A stretch of DNA of 64,000 nucleotides from Octopus sinensis (Eukaryota), in the NCBI RefSeq assembly GCF_006345805.1, contig NC_043002.1:119722001-119786000 (forward strand). Reading direction: 5' to 3'. A model generated the notes under the pieces. It ran no database searches, was not told where the DNA came from, and saw nothing but the letters and a program-made list of their open reading frames with translations. Both the position numbers and the translations under genes were made by a program. Below, piece by piece: positions 51,241 through 64,000 of the stretch. Positions within the stretch are counted from its first letter, which is position 1; every line of letters starts with the position of its first letter.

Positions 51241-51628
51241 TCTTTATGTATAAAAGTAAGGTTGTGTGTCTGTCTACTCCGATTTAGATTCCTAACTACT
51301 CCCACATTTTGCGGTGCAATTTAACCAAAACCGGGTATCTTATAGTCGTGATTCATATCGAGCCCTTCTGGGTATTAGCGCGCGTCTACGATGAGTCTAC
51401 GATTTTAAAAATAATTTACCATAATTTTTTTTCCATTTTAATGCATATTTTTTTAAAGGGAAGTAACTCTCTAAAATGTCTACGATGAGTCAACGATTAA
51501 AAAAAATTTACCATCATATTTTTTCCATTTTTAATGCATTTTTTTGCTATTTTTTGGCTATAACTCTCTAAAAATGCTTTATAGTTATTTCCCTTACAAA
51601 CCCGAGCAACGCCGGGTGATACTGCTAG
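51241..51628 (+). mobile_element. Non-autonomous Helitron H1
   Basis: A|TC ... hairpin CTAG|T. Confidence 0.85.
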
Positions 51629-52315
51629 TTTGGTCTATAGTAAACAACCTTTGAACTGTCAAAAGAGTAATGGCTGATAGCTAAAATGTCAGACGTGAGC
51701 CAAAAAAATGTAGTTGTAATTTGGAAATGAATGAGAGCTCAATTTGAGAAGTTAAAGACTGCACTTTTGAATAATATAGACGGTAGCTGAGTGTAGATGA
51801 TGATCTATGTATTGACCGTTTGTTGTGAAAATAGCTACATAGGAGTAAATAACGTAAAGAAATAAATTACTGCGCAGTAAACGAAAGGAACTAATGATGA
51901 GAGTGAATACAAAGCCTAACTTACAAAATAAAACAATTATAACAATGTATCTCAGAATATTTGAAACTGAATTAAAAATAGACATAGAAAGCACAGTTAA
52001 TTATGAACTAAAATAAATTGTTCAGAAAGGGAAATTATCAGAGGTAATCAAACTTAGGAAACGGGTAAATATAGAAGGCTGACAAGAAAGTAGAACTTTT
52101 TAATTAAAACAATGATTTCTAGAGGGTTAAAAAATGTTGTGTAAGTGTCTGTCTATCGATCTATCTATCTATCTATCTATCTATCTGCATACATATATAT
52201 ATATATATATATATGTTTATATGTCTGTATAAATTATATATATATATATATATATGATTTATAACATATATACATATGTATATTTAATATATATATATAT
52301 ATTATATATATATAT

Positions 52316-52358
<43 letters not shown>

Positions 52359-52801
52359 ATGTATATGTATGTATATGTATATGTATGTATACATATACTT
52401 TAAGATGAACTTAAAGTATTGCATGTAAATGCAAAACAAATATAGAAATATAATAATACTTGGAAGATAAAATCATGTGTAGTTAAGTAATTAAAACGCA
52501 TGGTTTGAAAAGAGTAGAGCTTTGCTTTTGGCAAGGGAGCAGTGCCGGCATAGACTGCCGGTAATAAAATAGCGATTCTGTATAATAAACTTCCTTAGTT
52601 GAGAATAAGTAGCAAAAGCGTGGAAAGATAAACAAATAACAGTGAAGCTAAAATCAAGATTAAGTCAGCATTTATTACGACTACAGACATAAGAATAAGC
52701 GATAATATAAGTGAAAGGTTACTATTCCTTAATAATATTTATAAATAATAACTATATAAATAAATAAATATTTATAAATAATAAACAAATAATAAACAAT
52801 A

Positions 52802-52972
52802 GGCGCAGGAGTGGCTGTGTGGTAAGTAGCTTGCCTACCAACCACATGGTTCCGGGTTCAGTCCCACTGCGTGGCATCTTGGGCAAGTGTCTTCTGCTAT
52901 AGCCCCGGGCCGACCAATGCCTTGTGAGTGGATTTGGTAGACGGAAACTGAAAGAAGCCTGTCGTATATATG

Positions 52973-53005
<33 letters not shown>

Positions 53006-53210
53006 GTTTGTGTGTCTATGTTTGTCCCCCTAGCATTGCTTGACAACCGATGCTGGTGTGTTTATGTCCCCGTTACTTAGCGGTTCGGCAAAATAGACCG
53101 ATAGAATAAGTACTGGGCTTACAAAAGAATAAGTCCCGGGGTCGAGTTGCTCGATTAAAGGCGGTGCTCCAGCATGGCCGCAGTCAAATGACTGAAACAA
53201 GTAACAGAGA
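52802..53210 (+). mobile_element. SINE-A full length
   Basis: Matches 13424-13843. Confidence 0.92.
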
Positions 53211-53395
53211 TAAAAGGAAAAAAGAGTTAAGTGAACAGCGAGAATCAACGTTGGGGTAGATTCGAACGCGAATACGCTAACCGGTGTTGTCCTTCGTTAT
53301 TAGAGGCAACTTTTTCTGCCAGACAAATAACACAGTCATAACACAGTCTATTCATCCGATATTTCGGCGTCGTTGTGTCTCGTCAGTCAATGTGT

Positions 53396-53755
53396 GGAAG
53401 CCCTCCGTCGGTTGCGACGACGAGGGTTCCGGTTGATCTGAATCAACGGAACAGCCTGCTCGTGAAATTAACGTGTAAGTGGCTGAGCACTCCACAGACA
53501 CGCGTACCCTCAACGTAGTTCTCGGGGATATTCAGCGTGACACAGAGAGTGACAAGGCCGGCCCTTTGAAATACAGGTACAACAGAAACAGGAAGTAAGA
53601 GTGAGAGAAAGTTGTGGTGAAAGAGTACAGCAGGGATCACCACCATCCCCTGCTGTAGCCTCGTGGAGCTTTAGGTGTTTTCGCTCAATAAACACTCACA
53701 ACGCGATCCTATGACCGCGAGTCCGCTGCCCTAACCACTGGGCCATTGCGCCTCC
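53396..53755 (-). mobile_element. SINE-D with 13-bp TSD
   Basis: ctcgtcagtcaat at 53379-53391 and 53757-53769. Confidence 0.9.
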
Positions 53756-54153
53756 ACTCGTCAGTCAATAGCTAGTGGATGAAAGAGAAATTTGTAGGTA
53801 TTGCTTATAACTTTAGCAAACAAATTCTTGCACCAGTTCAAAATCTGAAAGAAATTACATTTATTGAAAATAACCTAGAGGTAAGTTGTAGCACCAATGG
53901 AGGCATAATTGCATAGTGTTGAGAGACTGTTATCACTCTCCGTTCTCTGGAATCGGTCAAATTGATGTAGACTCCTCGGATGAGAATTCAATAAGTTGAG
54001 GAAATCGTTTACAGTTGTCTATCACTATTTTCAATCTACGGAGAAATAGCTAAATTTGCCCTATTTATACAACTACTATATAAGTTATGTTATACACTCA
54101 TGAGCACATACATGCACACTTACATACACCAACGCATACACATACACACGTAT

Positions 54154-54215
<62 letters not shown>

Positions 54216-54225
54216 ATATATATAT

Positions 54226-54421
54226 ATCACTATGGACTCCGTGTGGGCAGTCATCTAAAAGTTTTTGTCCGTCATGATGCTGACATAAGTTCCTTGTCTT
54301 TCTTGATGAGATGACGGCATAATGCACCCTTTATTCCTTCGGAATTAAGAATATGCAGTCTTCGAAACATGTGTCGAGAATAAAGGAATTTTGTTAAATC
54401 ATTGTTCGACTCCATTCTTTC

Positions 54422-54425
<4 letters not shown>
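54226..54425 (+). mobile_element. Family P4 short HHR-bearing element end between (TA)n tracts
   Basis: The 3' tail is homologous to 58593-58650. (TA)n on both sides. Confidence 0.7.
54299..54379 (+). ncRNA. Type I hammerhead ribozyme, C3U variant, long stem II (P4)
   Basis: tttc TTGATGA gatgac g gcata...tatgc a gtcttc GAAAC atgt GTC gaga. Confidence 0.72.
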
Positions 54426-54471
<46 letters not shown>

Positions 54472-54479
54472 ATTTTGTT

Positions 54480-55874
54480 TTTATTTATTTTATCTAGTTT
54501 CAGCTCACAAGCTGTGGCCATGCTGGGGCATCGCCATTTGGTGTTGCTACATGATTTTACTTCATGAATGCTTTTTAGCAATTGCCGTTTTGGTGCATGA
54601 GAGAGTTCGATGCAGCTGCCCTCATCTGCACCTCCTGCCGTGAAGTTGGTTCATCTGGGACACCTGACAGGAAGAGATCCAGTTTTATTTTAAAGACATC
54701 TGCATCCACCCCATGCAGGTCTCTCAGGTTCTTCGGGAGGATATTGAAGAGCTGTGGGCCGCTGAAGCCCAAGCTATCACAGTATCTTGTCCTACATCTT
54801 GATGGCAAATTTGGAGTCCTTGGCACTATGCAGTGGCGCCCAGTTCTAGCATTTGTGTAACTTTCAATGCCAAAGTTTAGGACAAGTCCTCCTAGGATCT
54901 TCCAGATGTATATTATGGCATATCTTTCTCGCCTACGCTCTAAGGAATAGAGTCTTAATCTCTTGAGTCTTTTCCATTAGCCTATATGCTGCACAGAGGC
55001 TATCTTCTTCGTGTAGCTTCGTTGGATCGCCTCAAGTTCTGTGATTAACTTGACACTGGATGGTGACCATAGCTGAGAGCAATAGTCAAAGTGGCTTAGG
55101 ACAAGTGTCCTCCAGAGGACCATCATGGTTTCCTGGTCTCTTGTTCTAAAGGTTCTAAGACTCCATCCGGTCAGCCGCCTTACATTTCATTGCGAATTTA
55201 GCAACATGCACATGAAAGGTTGCATCATCACTCATGTAAATACCCAGGTCTCGCACTGATTGTGCCTCTGGGATTGCAGTCCCTCCAGGTCCAGTGTATT
55301 TATTGGGTATTGCATTTAGTTTTGCATGCTGATAGCATAAAGCTTGAAACTTTTCAGCATTGAACTGCATGCTATTCTTTTCAGCCCACTTGTATATTTT
55401 GTCCAGCTCATATTGCAGGTGCTTAGTGTTTTCAGGGCTCTGTATTGCCTGTGAAACTTTTGTATCATCTGCATAACTTGTGATCGTGACTCTCTGTGTG
55501 GCTGAGGGCATGTCTGAGAGAGCCATTATGAACAGTAGTGGTCCGAAAACAGTGCCTTGCGGAACACCGCTACTACCACCTGGCTTCTATCCTTCAGAAA
55601 GTCATGAAGCCATTCTCCCAATCTTCCAACTATGCCAAGATCACGCAGTTTGTGACATATCATTCCATGATCGACTTTATCAAAGGCTTTTGCAAAGTCG
55701 AGATATATGACTTCCACATTTGAGTGGTTGAGCAGTCGTTTCAGCACCCAGTCATTGTGCTGTAGGAGCTGAGTTAGGCAGCTTCTTCCTGGTCGTAAAC
55801 CATGTTGGGTGTCAGGCAGCAAGTCATTTTCTTCTTCAAGGAAAGTGATTAGTTTCCTTCTGACTATTCGTTCC
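54480..55874 (-). mobile_element. CR1-like LINE, 5'-truncated, RT region plus 3' end
   Basis: QHGLRPGRSCLTQLL...YLDFAKAFDKVDH; PQGTVFGPLLF; ITSYADDTKV...LDKIYKWA...QFNAEKFQ; then a 3' UTR and (TAAA)-like tail. Confidence 0.9.
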
Positions 55875-55928
55875 ATATATACATACATACATATATACAT
55901 ACATACACACAAGCATATATATATACAT

Positions 55929-56014
<86 letters not shown>

Positions 56015-56264
56015 TACACACACTCTCTCACGTATAAAAGTATCTTAGAATATGGGTGATGACAATACACAATGAGAAAATACAGTACGTTCTAAATGGT
56101 GAATGTTGGAGGCAAACTACCACCTGATGAGTTAAAATAAATCTGTATCAATAATAACAGAGGCAATAACAATAAATATATATAATGGGCGCATAAATTA
56201 CATCTCATAGATACACAGTGACATACACATACACGCGTGACTATGTGCCTTTGCACAAACACAC

Positions 56265-56378
<114 letters not shown>

Positions 56379-56843
56379 TGCGTCTGGAGATGTGTCATAA
56401 TTTACTGGTTATAAGGTATCTTTTAGAACGTGTTAAATCTAACCTTTGGGAAAGCTATCAGTTTCAGAAAGTTTGTAGTCTGAACTTCGACACACTATCT
56501 CTTGTTTAAATCAGTAGTTTTAAATAGTTTCCTATTTTCAGAAGTTCGCAAAACAAATTTTGTTTGTCATTCAACAATAGAATACAGTTTATTACCCGCT
56601 GCGGACGGATATATACATATAACAACGGAAACGCTATTGTTTGTTTACATTTTCTTTTAGGATTATTCTCAAAATATATTTTTATTCAGTTTTACAGCGT
56701 TTTTATAAAATACATTTTTGTCACTTACTTTCTTTTCTCTCTGTCACATTGTCCAATCGTTTGTCTTTCATATACTTTTCCTGTACTTATGCATGTATCT
56801 CTCTCTCTCTCTCTGAGTCTCTCACTTCCTCAGTCTATCTCTC

Positions 56844-56965
<122 letters not shown>

Positions 56966-57717
56966 GCTGTTTGTGTCCATCTAATATACAAACTATAAAT
57001 GATAAATTCTCCTGTTCCATCCTACGCACAGTACTAAAATGAATAAATAAAAACCAAGATAAAGGAATTATATCATGAAATTCATTAGCTTACAGCTGTT
57101 TCTGTTATAAGAAGCAATGTACGCATAGTTGAATGCTTTGAGCTTCAAACATAAAGTATAATTTTACTTTGGAAAACATTTACATTTATATATACACACA
57201 CAAAATAGCATTACCAAAAAAGCATACATGAAAAAGTATACGCATATTGAGTTCTAACACTAGGTTATTTCGCTGTGTCTAAGCAAAATAGTAATGATGA
57301 TAGGAAGTCCAGTGCAATGCCTCCGAGCAGAGCGATTCGGACTCCGTATCAAAGCTCGTCTGATGCGTAACTGTCGTAGGCAACCACGCAATGCTCTATC
57401 GTCCACAGCGCCATGGATTCATCTGAAGAGAAAAAAATACTATAACACCGCGGATCGAATGGTACCTATCCGACATATGTCTCTCCACTTGGGACTGAGT
57501 AATAGCCATTTCAAAAAAGCCCGACCTCTCTAACTCACCCTTTACATACATAGACACAACTGCATGTGTGTATGTAAGTAGGCCCGATAAAATTAAGAAA
57601 TTCGCTTCACTAACAACATTAACTGATTATTAATTGTGCGTATATAAATATGTATGAATGGATCCCGGTCAGAATTTTCGACCACAAACGTTCAGCTATT
57701 CGATCACGTAAGGTATG

Positions 57718-57756
<39 letters not shown>

Positions 57757-57759
<3 letters not shown>

Positions 57760-58650
57760 CGGATGGTAAACGGACTTTTACAGTCGGCTTTTCGATGCCC
57801 CCATTGGCGGCGTTATACTTATCTTGCTTATAAATGACGCTTATAAATAGTACCTGCACCCGGTTACACTACTTATATGAAAATAGCCCTTGGAAATAAA
57901 TTTTGAAAAAGCTTTTTAAGAGAAATATGATTAACCATTGCAAGGGGAATTACTCCCAGTAGGCGAATGGTGTTTTGTTTTGACGACGGGGGGTTTCTTT
58001 GACAAGGCATGATTAGACGAACACACGCACACATAAAATATTTTTCTGCCGCCTGACGGACTTTTCAGCAGTGACCATTGTGTGGGGCTGTTTACCAACT
58101 GACGGCCGCGCGATTAAACGAACATACGAACACATAAAATATTTTCTACCGCCTGACGGATTTCTCAGCAGTGACCAGTGTGTAGCGCTTCTTACCAACT
58201 TGCGGCCGCGCACATATAGAACAGTTCACACACACATGTTTCTAAGTAGATTTTGTCTCGCCCCATATAATACACCTAATATTCTTTAAATAGTCAGAAC
58301 CTTAGTCTCGGTCACAAAGAACATCTACGCACCCCGTGCTCTCACCCACCGGAATGACCGCTGCCTGACCTGTTAAAATCTTCAACGCACCCACCACCCG
58401 ATTTCAACATACATTGATAAACAGTTTGGCCATGGGCTCTTAGGAGCCTCGTTCGATTTGTTTTGCTGCGCCTCTGTTCTGTTTTTGTTTTTGCCAACGG
58501 ATTTCCTATTTCTTCCTGAAGAGAAAGACACAATATGGTCTCCTTATTCAATCGGAATTTGGTAAATTGTGGCTTTCGAAACACGCGTAGAATGCAATAA
58601 AACGATTTCTGTTCAATCTTCGTTCAACTCCATTTCGTCAATTCACTAAT
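57757..58650 (+). mobile_element. Family P4 longer element between (TA)n tracts
   Basis: Bounded by (TA)n. Carries the HHR at 58513-58592 about 60 nt from its 3' end. Internal ~100-bp-period duplication at 58017-58177. Confidence 0.65.
58513..58592 (+). ncRNA. Type I hammerhead ribozyme with fully canonical core (P4)
   Basis: ttc CTGAAGA gaaag a cacaat...attgtg g ctttc GAAAC acgc GTA gaa. G10.1-C11.1 is present. Confidence 0.8.
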
Positions 58651-58899
58651 AATATATATATATATATATATATAAAATCGATTAATAAAACAGAAAATAG
58701 AATTTTGTTTGATTATGGGGCCGTGGTCTTGAATCTCTCTGGTCTGTTTTTTTTTGCCTCCTGATATATTGTGCTAGAAGTGTTGTTAGTATATTAATAA
58801 ATATTGATTAATATTAATAATAATTAATAATATATTGATTAATCATGAAATTCTTTTTTTCTTTTGCGTAGCATCTACAGAAACTGTTATTTTCTAATC

Positions 58900-59133
58900 G
58901 TTGGAGGCAACCCATATCCTCTCGGACCCATTTCTTGATACGCTAATTTAAAGGCTCGGTCTTGTCACACTATTTTCCGCCTTACAATTACATTAAACGT
59001 ACACGTGTGTGCGGAATACTCAGCCTCATACACGTTACCTCAATGAGCCATGTCGCTTACGTGATCGAATAGCTGAACATTTATGGTCGAAAATTCTGAC
59101 CGGGATCCATTCATACATATTTATATACGCACA
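58900..59133 (+). mobile_element. SINE-D-related 3' fragment; its last 78 bp recur inverted at 57635-57712
   Basis: gtgcggaatactcagcctcatacacgtta resembles the SINE-D tail. The inverted arms differ at 2 of 78 positions. Confidence 0.6.
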
Positions 59134-59206
59134 TCCGTACCTTCCTACCTACATTCTTACATACATACATACGTACATACGTACTTCAGTACATGCAAAT
59201 TTATTT

Positions 59207-59590
59207 CGGAGCACTCCGTCGGTTTCGACGATGAGGGTCCCAGCTGATACGATCAACGGAACAGCTTGCTCGTGGAATTAACGTGCAAGTGGCTGAGCAC
59301 TCCACACACACGTGCAACCCTTAATGTAGTTCTCGAGGAGATTCAGCGTAACACAGAGTGTGTGGCAAGGCCGGCCCTTTGAAATACAGGTACAAGAGAA
59401 ACAGGAAGAAAGAGTGAGAGAAAGTTGTGGTGAAAGAGTACAGCAGGGTTCACCACCATCCCCTGCGGGAGCCTTGTGAAGCTTTAGGTGTTTTCGCTCA
59501 ATAAACACTCACAATGCCCGGTCTGGGAATCGAAACCGCGATTCTATGACCGCGAATCCGCTGCCCTAACCACTGAAACATTGCGTCTTC
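59207..59590 (-). mobile_element. SINE-D full length
   Basis: Matches 43329-43709. Confidence 0.88.
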
Positions 59591-60227
59591 ACTACATGCA
59601 AATACACATACATTGAAAGAGACAGAGAGAGAGTGACGGGGAAAAGAGATAAAAAGAGAGTGAGAGGAGGAGAACGACGGAGAGGCGGGAAGAGAGAGAG
59701 GGTGAGAGAGAGAGTGAGAGAGGGGAGGAAGAAAACGATGGAGAGGTGGGAAGAGCGAGAGGGAGAAAGTAAAGGAAAAAGATAACCAGAGAGTATAACA
59801 TTCTCTATTTGATTGTAGTTGTGGTGAAGAATATATGTGGCACAATAAATGGAAAAAGATAAGATAAAGAGTTAAATCTAAAAGTAGTTTACACGTGTCA
59901 AAATGTAGTAAATAAGATGAAATTGATACCGCAAGAAATTCGAATATAATAACTGTGCTGAATTATAGCACATCAGCATTGTTATAATTCGAATATTACA
60001 GTTTTTCATTTGCCATTGGTGACAAAAACATAATTGTTACAATTAATTAAAGCAAGACGGCAAAAAATGACTGAGTCAGCCATACGTAAGATATTGCCAT
60101 TATGTGTCTAAGGAGTTTGCTTTGTAATCATATGGATCCGAGTTCCGTGACACTAATCCACCACTCGTTAACTTCGATATACAATATTTGGAATGCTCGT
60201 AGTTTGAATGGAATTTGAGCAATTTTC

Positions 60228-60258
60228 GCATACACACACACACACACATGCACGAACG

Positions 60259-60293
<35 letters not shown>

Positions 60294-60592
60294 GCACGCA
60301 CGCCACACACACACACGCACACACACACACACAATACACGCACACACGCACACACAAACGCACACACGCACACGCACACACAGAGGCATACACGCACACA
60401 CGCACACACACACACACACACGCAAACACACACACATATACACGCATACACACACACACACACGCATACACACGCACACACGCACACACACACACGCGCA
60501 CGCACACACACACGCACGCACACACACACACACACTCACACACACGCACGCACGCACGCACGCACACACAACACACACATATATATACATAC
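60228..60592. repeat. Compound (CA)n/(CACG)n microsatellite
   Basis: Directly visible. Confidence 0.95.
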
Positions 60593-61033
60593 TGGTAGTG
60601 ATCTTTGTACAGAATCAGTCGAATCGAGCCGACCCCACACAAGCGGCTACGGCGAAAATTCGGGACTGGCCGATCAGTATGGGAATACTTCGATAGTTGC
60701 TTCCGGGTGATTACGGTCCCTGTAAGTATACAATTATGTGCTTTTACCGCAGCATTAGAGCGTCTTAGCTCTTATATCTAGCAATGTAGGTGTTTCTAAC
60801 AACCTTAATCACATTTAATAACAATTATAGTCTTTTTGGTAAAACATTGCACACCGCTGTCTATATTAATTATACACACATACACACATATATACATAAA
60901 TACATTACATACACCACAGGCACAGCACAAACACATACCACACACACACACACAATATAATAATACATACATACATACATACATACATACATACAACATA
61001 CATACGTACACACAGCACAACCACACACACACA

Positions 61034-61069
<36 letters not shown>

Positions 61070-61188
61070 ATCAATATAGGGTGGCAAAAAAAAATTTTGT
61101 AGAATTTTTTTTTGACTTTTATTTGCGGTTGAAGCTTTGGCTGTTATTTCTAGTGGGTGAATGGCCTATTATGGCCGTTCCTTGATTG

Positions 61189-61228
<40 letters not shown>

Positions 61229-61646
61229 TAAGCAGAGTTAGCGGTTGTAGTAACCAACTACGGGATAAAAATATCCGTTTTTATTATCGGTATCAATTAC
61301 TTGTGCTGTCCCTCGGCATCGGTACACAGGCGCACTATCAGATTTGAATAATCAAAAAAAAAAATGGAAAAAACTTTTGATCAACAAACAAATTGGACCA
61401 CATCTGTAGATTATTTTTTAATACAAAACATGACTTCACATCTCTATGTCATGGAAATGTTATGTCATCTGTTTTTTTTTGTTGATCAAAAGCTTTCTCC
61501 ATTTTCCGATGATACATATATATATGTATGTATGTGTATATACTATATATATATATATATATATATATGTACTGGTACACCGGCGATTATAATTAATTTT
61601 ATTGTATCGCATTTATCTTTGTTTATATATATATTATATTATATAT

Positions 61647-61680
<34 letters not shown>

Positions 61681-61827
61681 GACAGATAGATTATAGATAT
61701 ATTCAGGATTGAATATTTATAGGTATTAATATTGCTATTATTATCGAAGGCAAAATAAGTTTAACAAGTAGACGCATATACATGTGTGTATGTATATATG
61801 TATGTATGTATTTATTATTCTTATGAA

Positions 61828-62171
61828 GGCGCATGGCTCAGTGGTTAGAGCGTCGAGCTTACGATTATGAGGTTGTGAGCTCGAATCCCGGATCGGGCTG
61901 CGTGTTGTGTTCTTGAGCAACACACTTTATTTCATGTTGCTCCAGTTAACTCAGCTGTAGAAATGAGTTGCGGCATCACTGGTGCCAAGCTGTATCGGCC
62001 TTTGCCTTTCCCTTGGATAACACTGGTGGCGTGAAGAGGGGAGGCCGGTATGCATGGGCGACTGCTGGTCTTCCATAAACAACCTTGCCCAGACTTGTGA
62101 CTAGGAGGGTAACCTTCTAGGTGCAATCCCATGGTCAGTGTCGTGACCGAAGGGGGTCCCGATCCGATCCG
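61828..62171 (+). mobile_element. SINE-C with (gatcc)n tail and 15-bp TSD
   Basis: atttattattcttat at 61810-61824 and 62172-62186. Confidence 0.92.
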
Positions 62172-62539
62172 ATTTATTATTCTTATACAAGAATGCTGTT
62201 GACAGTGACTTCAAAGTTTAGGTCAGCTAAGCCATCTGCTATTGATAAGGCAAGCAGGCAGGCCAACATCCTCCTCACACTGAACGAATAGTCAGTTTGT
62301 CGTATACTTACCTATTTGCAATTCAATGGATTGTAGCAACGAAACATGAAGTGTATTTGCTCATGAACAGAACGAATCGCCTGTTTGAGAACCACGAACC
62401 TCTGAATCACTATATAAGTTTTGCTTTGTGTAACTTAGTCTGCTCGAATGTGTCTTTCGTAGGTGCATCCGCACAGATGGCTAAGTCCAACATAATTGTG
62501 TGCGTAGCGTATACATTTGTTCACGGAGCACTATAGGCT

Positions 62540-62570
<31 letters not shown>

Positions 62571-62573
62571 ATA

Positions 62574-62797
62574 TCTTTTACTCTTTTACTTGTTTCAGTC
62601 ATTTGACTGCGGCCATGCTGGAGCACCGCCTTTAGTCGAGCAAATCGACCCCGGGACTTATTCTTTGTAAGCCCAGTTCTTATTCTATCGGTCTCTTTTG
62701 TCAAACCGCTAAGTGACGGGGACGTAAACACACCAGAATCGGTTGTCAAGCAATGCTAGGCGGACAAACACACAAACACACAAACACACACACATAG

Positions 62798-62830
<33 letters not shown>

Positions 62831-63001
62831 CATATATACGACAGGCTTCTTTCAGTTTCCGTCTACCAAATCCACTCACAAGGTATTGGTCGGCCCGGGG
62901 CTATAGCAGAAGACACTTGCCCAAGATGCCACGCAGTGGGACTGAACCCGGAACCATGTGGCTGGTTAGCAAGCTACTTACCACACAGCCACTCCTGCGC
63001 C
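62574..63001 (-). mobile_element. SINE-A full length
   Basis: Reverse complement of the 13424-13843 type. Confidence 0.92.
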
Positions 63002-63418
63002 TATATCTATATGTACCTGTTAGCGTTTGTCTGTATACATCCCTCAGATGTCTATCTCCCTGCATGTATATGTCAGTATGCATGTGCAACTTTTATTTGG
63101 AAATCTGAGCATTTGTATTTTATATTTATCCTGACTCAGAAAGAAAAGTGGATAACTTCCTTTTAACAATTAATGATACAGAGATGAGGGAAGTGAATCA
63201 TATAAACACAGAAAGTTGATAGTTAGGTAACATTCTGAAGTTTCATTGCATGAAAATCGATTTGATTGATTTATTTTTTTAGTACAAGAACTTTTATGTG
63301 TATCTTTTATGTATGCGTTTGTATAATGAATATCTGCATTTCGGTATGCATGTGATTATGCATGTAATTTTGTAAATGTCTAAGAATCCAAAATCGGTGT
63401 CTACGTATGTATGTTAAG

Positions 63419-63524
<106 letters not shown>

Positions 63525-64000
63525 ATGTAGTGTGTCTGTATATGTAGACGTGCGTGTTTCATTTAGCAAGAATATTTATGTTTTATAGAAACAGGAATTA
63601 CGTGCAAATATGGGTTTCTTTGATATGTTGCTTGATATATATATATGTGTGTGTGTATATGCGTGTGTGCATACTTTATGTGCGTGTTTGCGCGTTTGTG
63701 TGTATGTGTGCATGCGTGTGCGTGTGTGTTTGCGTGTGTGAGCGCACGTGTTTAGCGATAAATTTATTTGCAGGTTTTTATTCGAAATGGTATGTAAATG
63801 TAAGTTACAGGTTGAAAAATACGATGAAAGCGCTCATGACATAAAAGTTTCGAGTAATCATTTTTTTTTATATATATTCATATAATTATAAGAATACACG
63901 GTAACATCTTTGATACAGTAGAATATTTTCGTATTCAAAAAATATTCTTGTGCGAATTAATTTTCTTTTAGACAAACACAAATTTTCAAATATTGCTGTA

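Noticed and set aside
56121-56165. CTGATGA followed by gtta...taac
   Set aside because: No GAAA at the required position.
57330-57530. RTE-like 3' remnant on the minus strand (AVDDRALR)
   Set aside because: Only one short motif resembles the RTE C-terminus, which is too weak to list as a feature.

Overview
AT-rich, repeat-dense eukaryotic DNA with no supportable host protein-coding exon. The SINE families look like those of octopus (Octopus sp.); this is my inference from recalled sequence. The window contains four modular tRNA-derived SINE families, non-autonomous Helitrons, a full-length decayed Chapaev3-like (CMC) transposon, a mariner relic, RTE, R4-like and CR1-like LINE fragments, and many microsatellites. 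The main unexpected signal is about a dozen hammerhead-ribozyme (HHR) motifs from at least six unrelated sequence families. Nearly all lie close to an element end that runs into a (TA)n tract. They occur as head-to-head foldbacks, including a 3.2-kb palindrome whose sense strand is almost free of C, and as more-than-unit-length partial tandems. One is a candidate type II HHR. This pattern fits Penelope-like-element (PLE)-mobilised, retrozyme-like RNAs that target (TA)n. All ribozyme folds were derived by hand, none were computed or tested, and most boundaries are approximate unless a TSD or terminal motif is quoted. Family labels SINE-A to SINE-D and P1 to P7 are my own working names.
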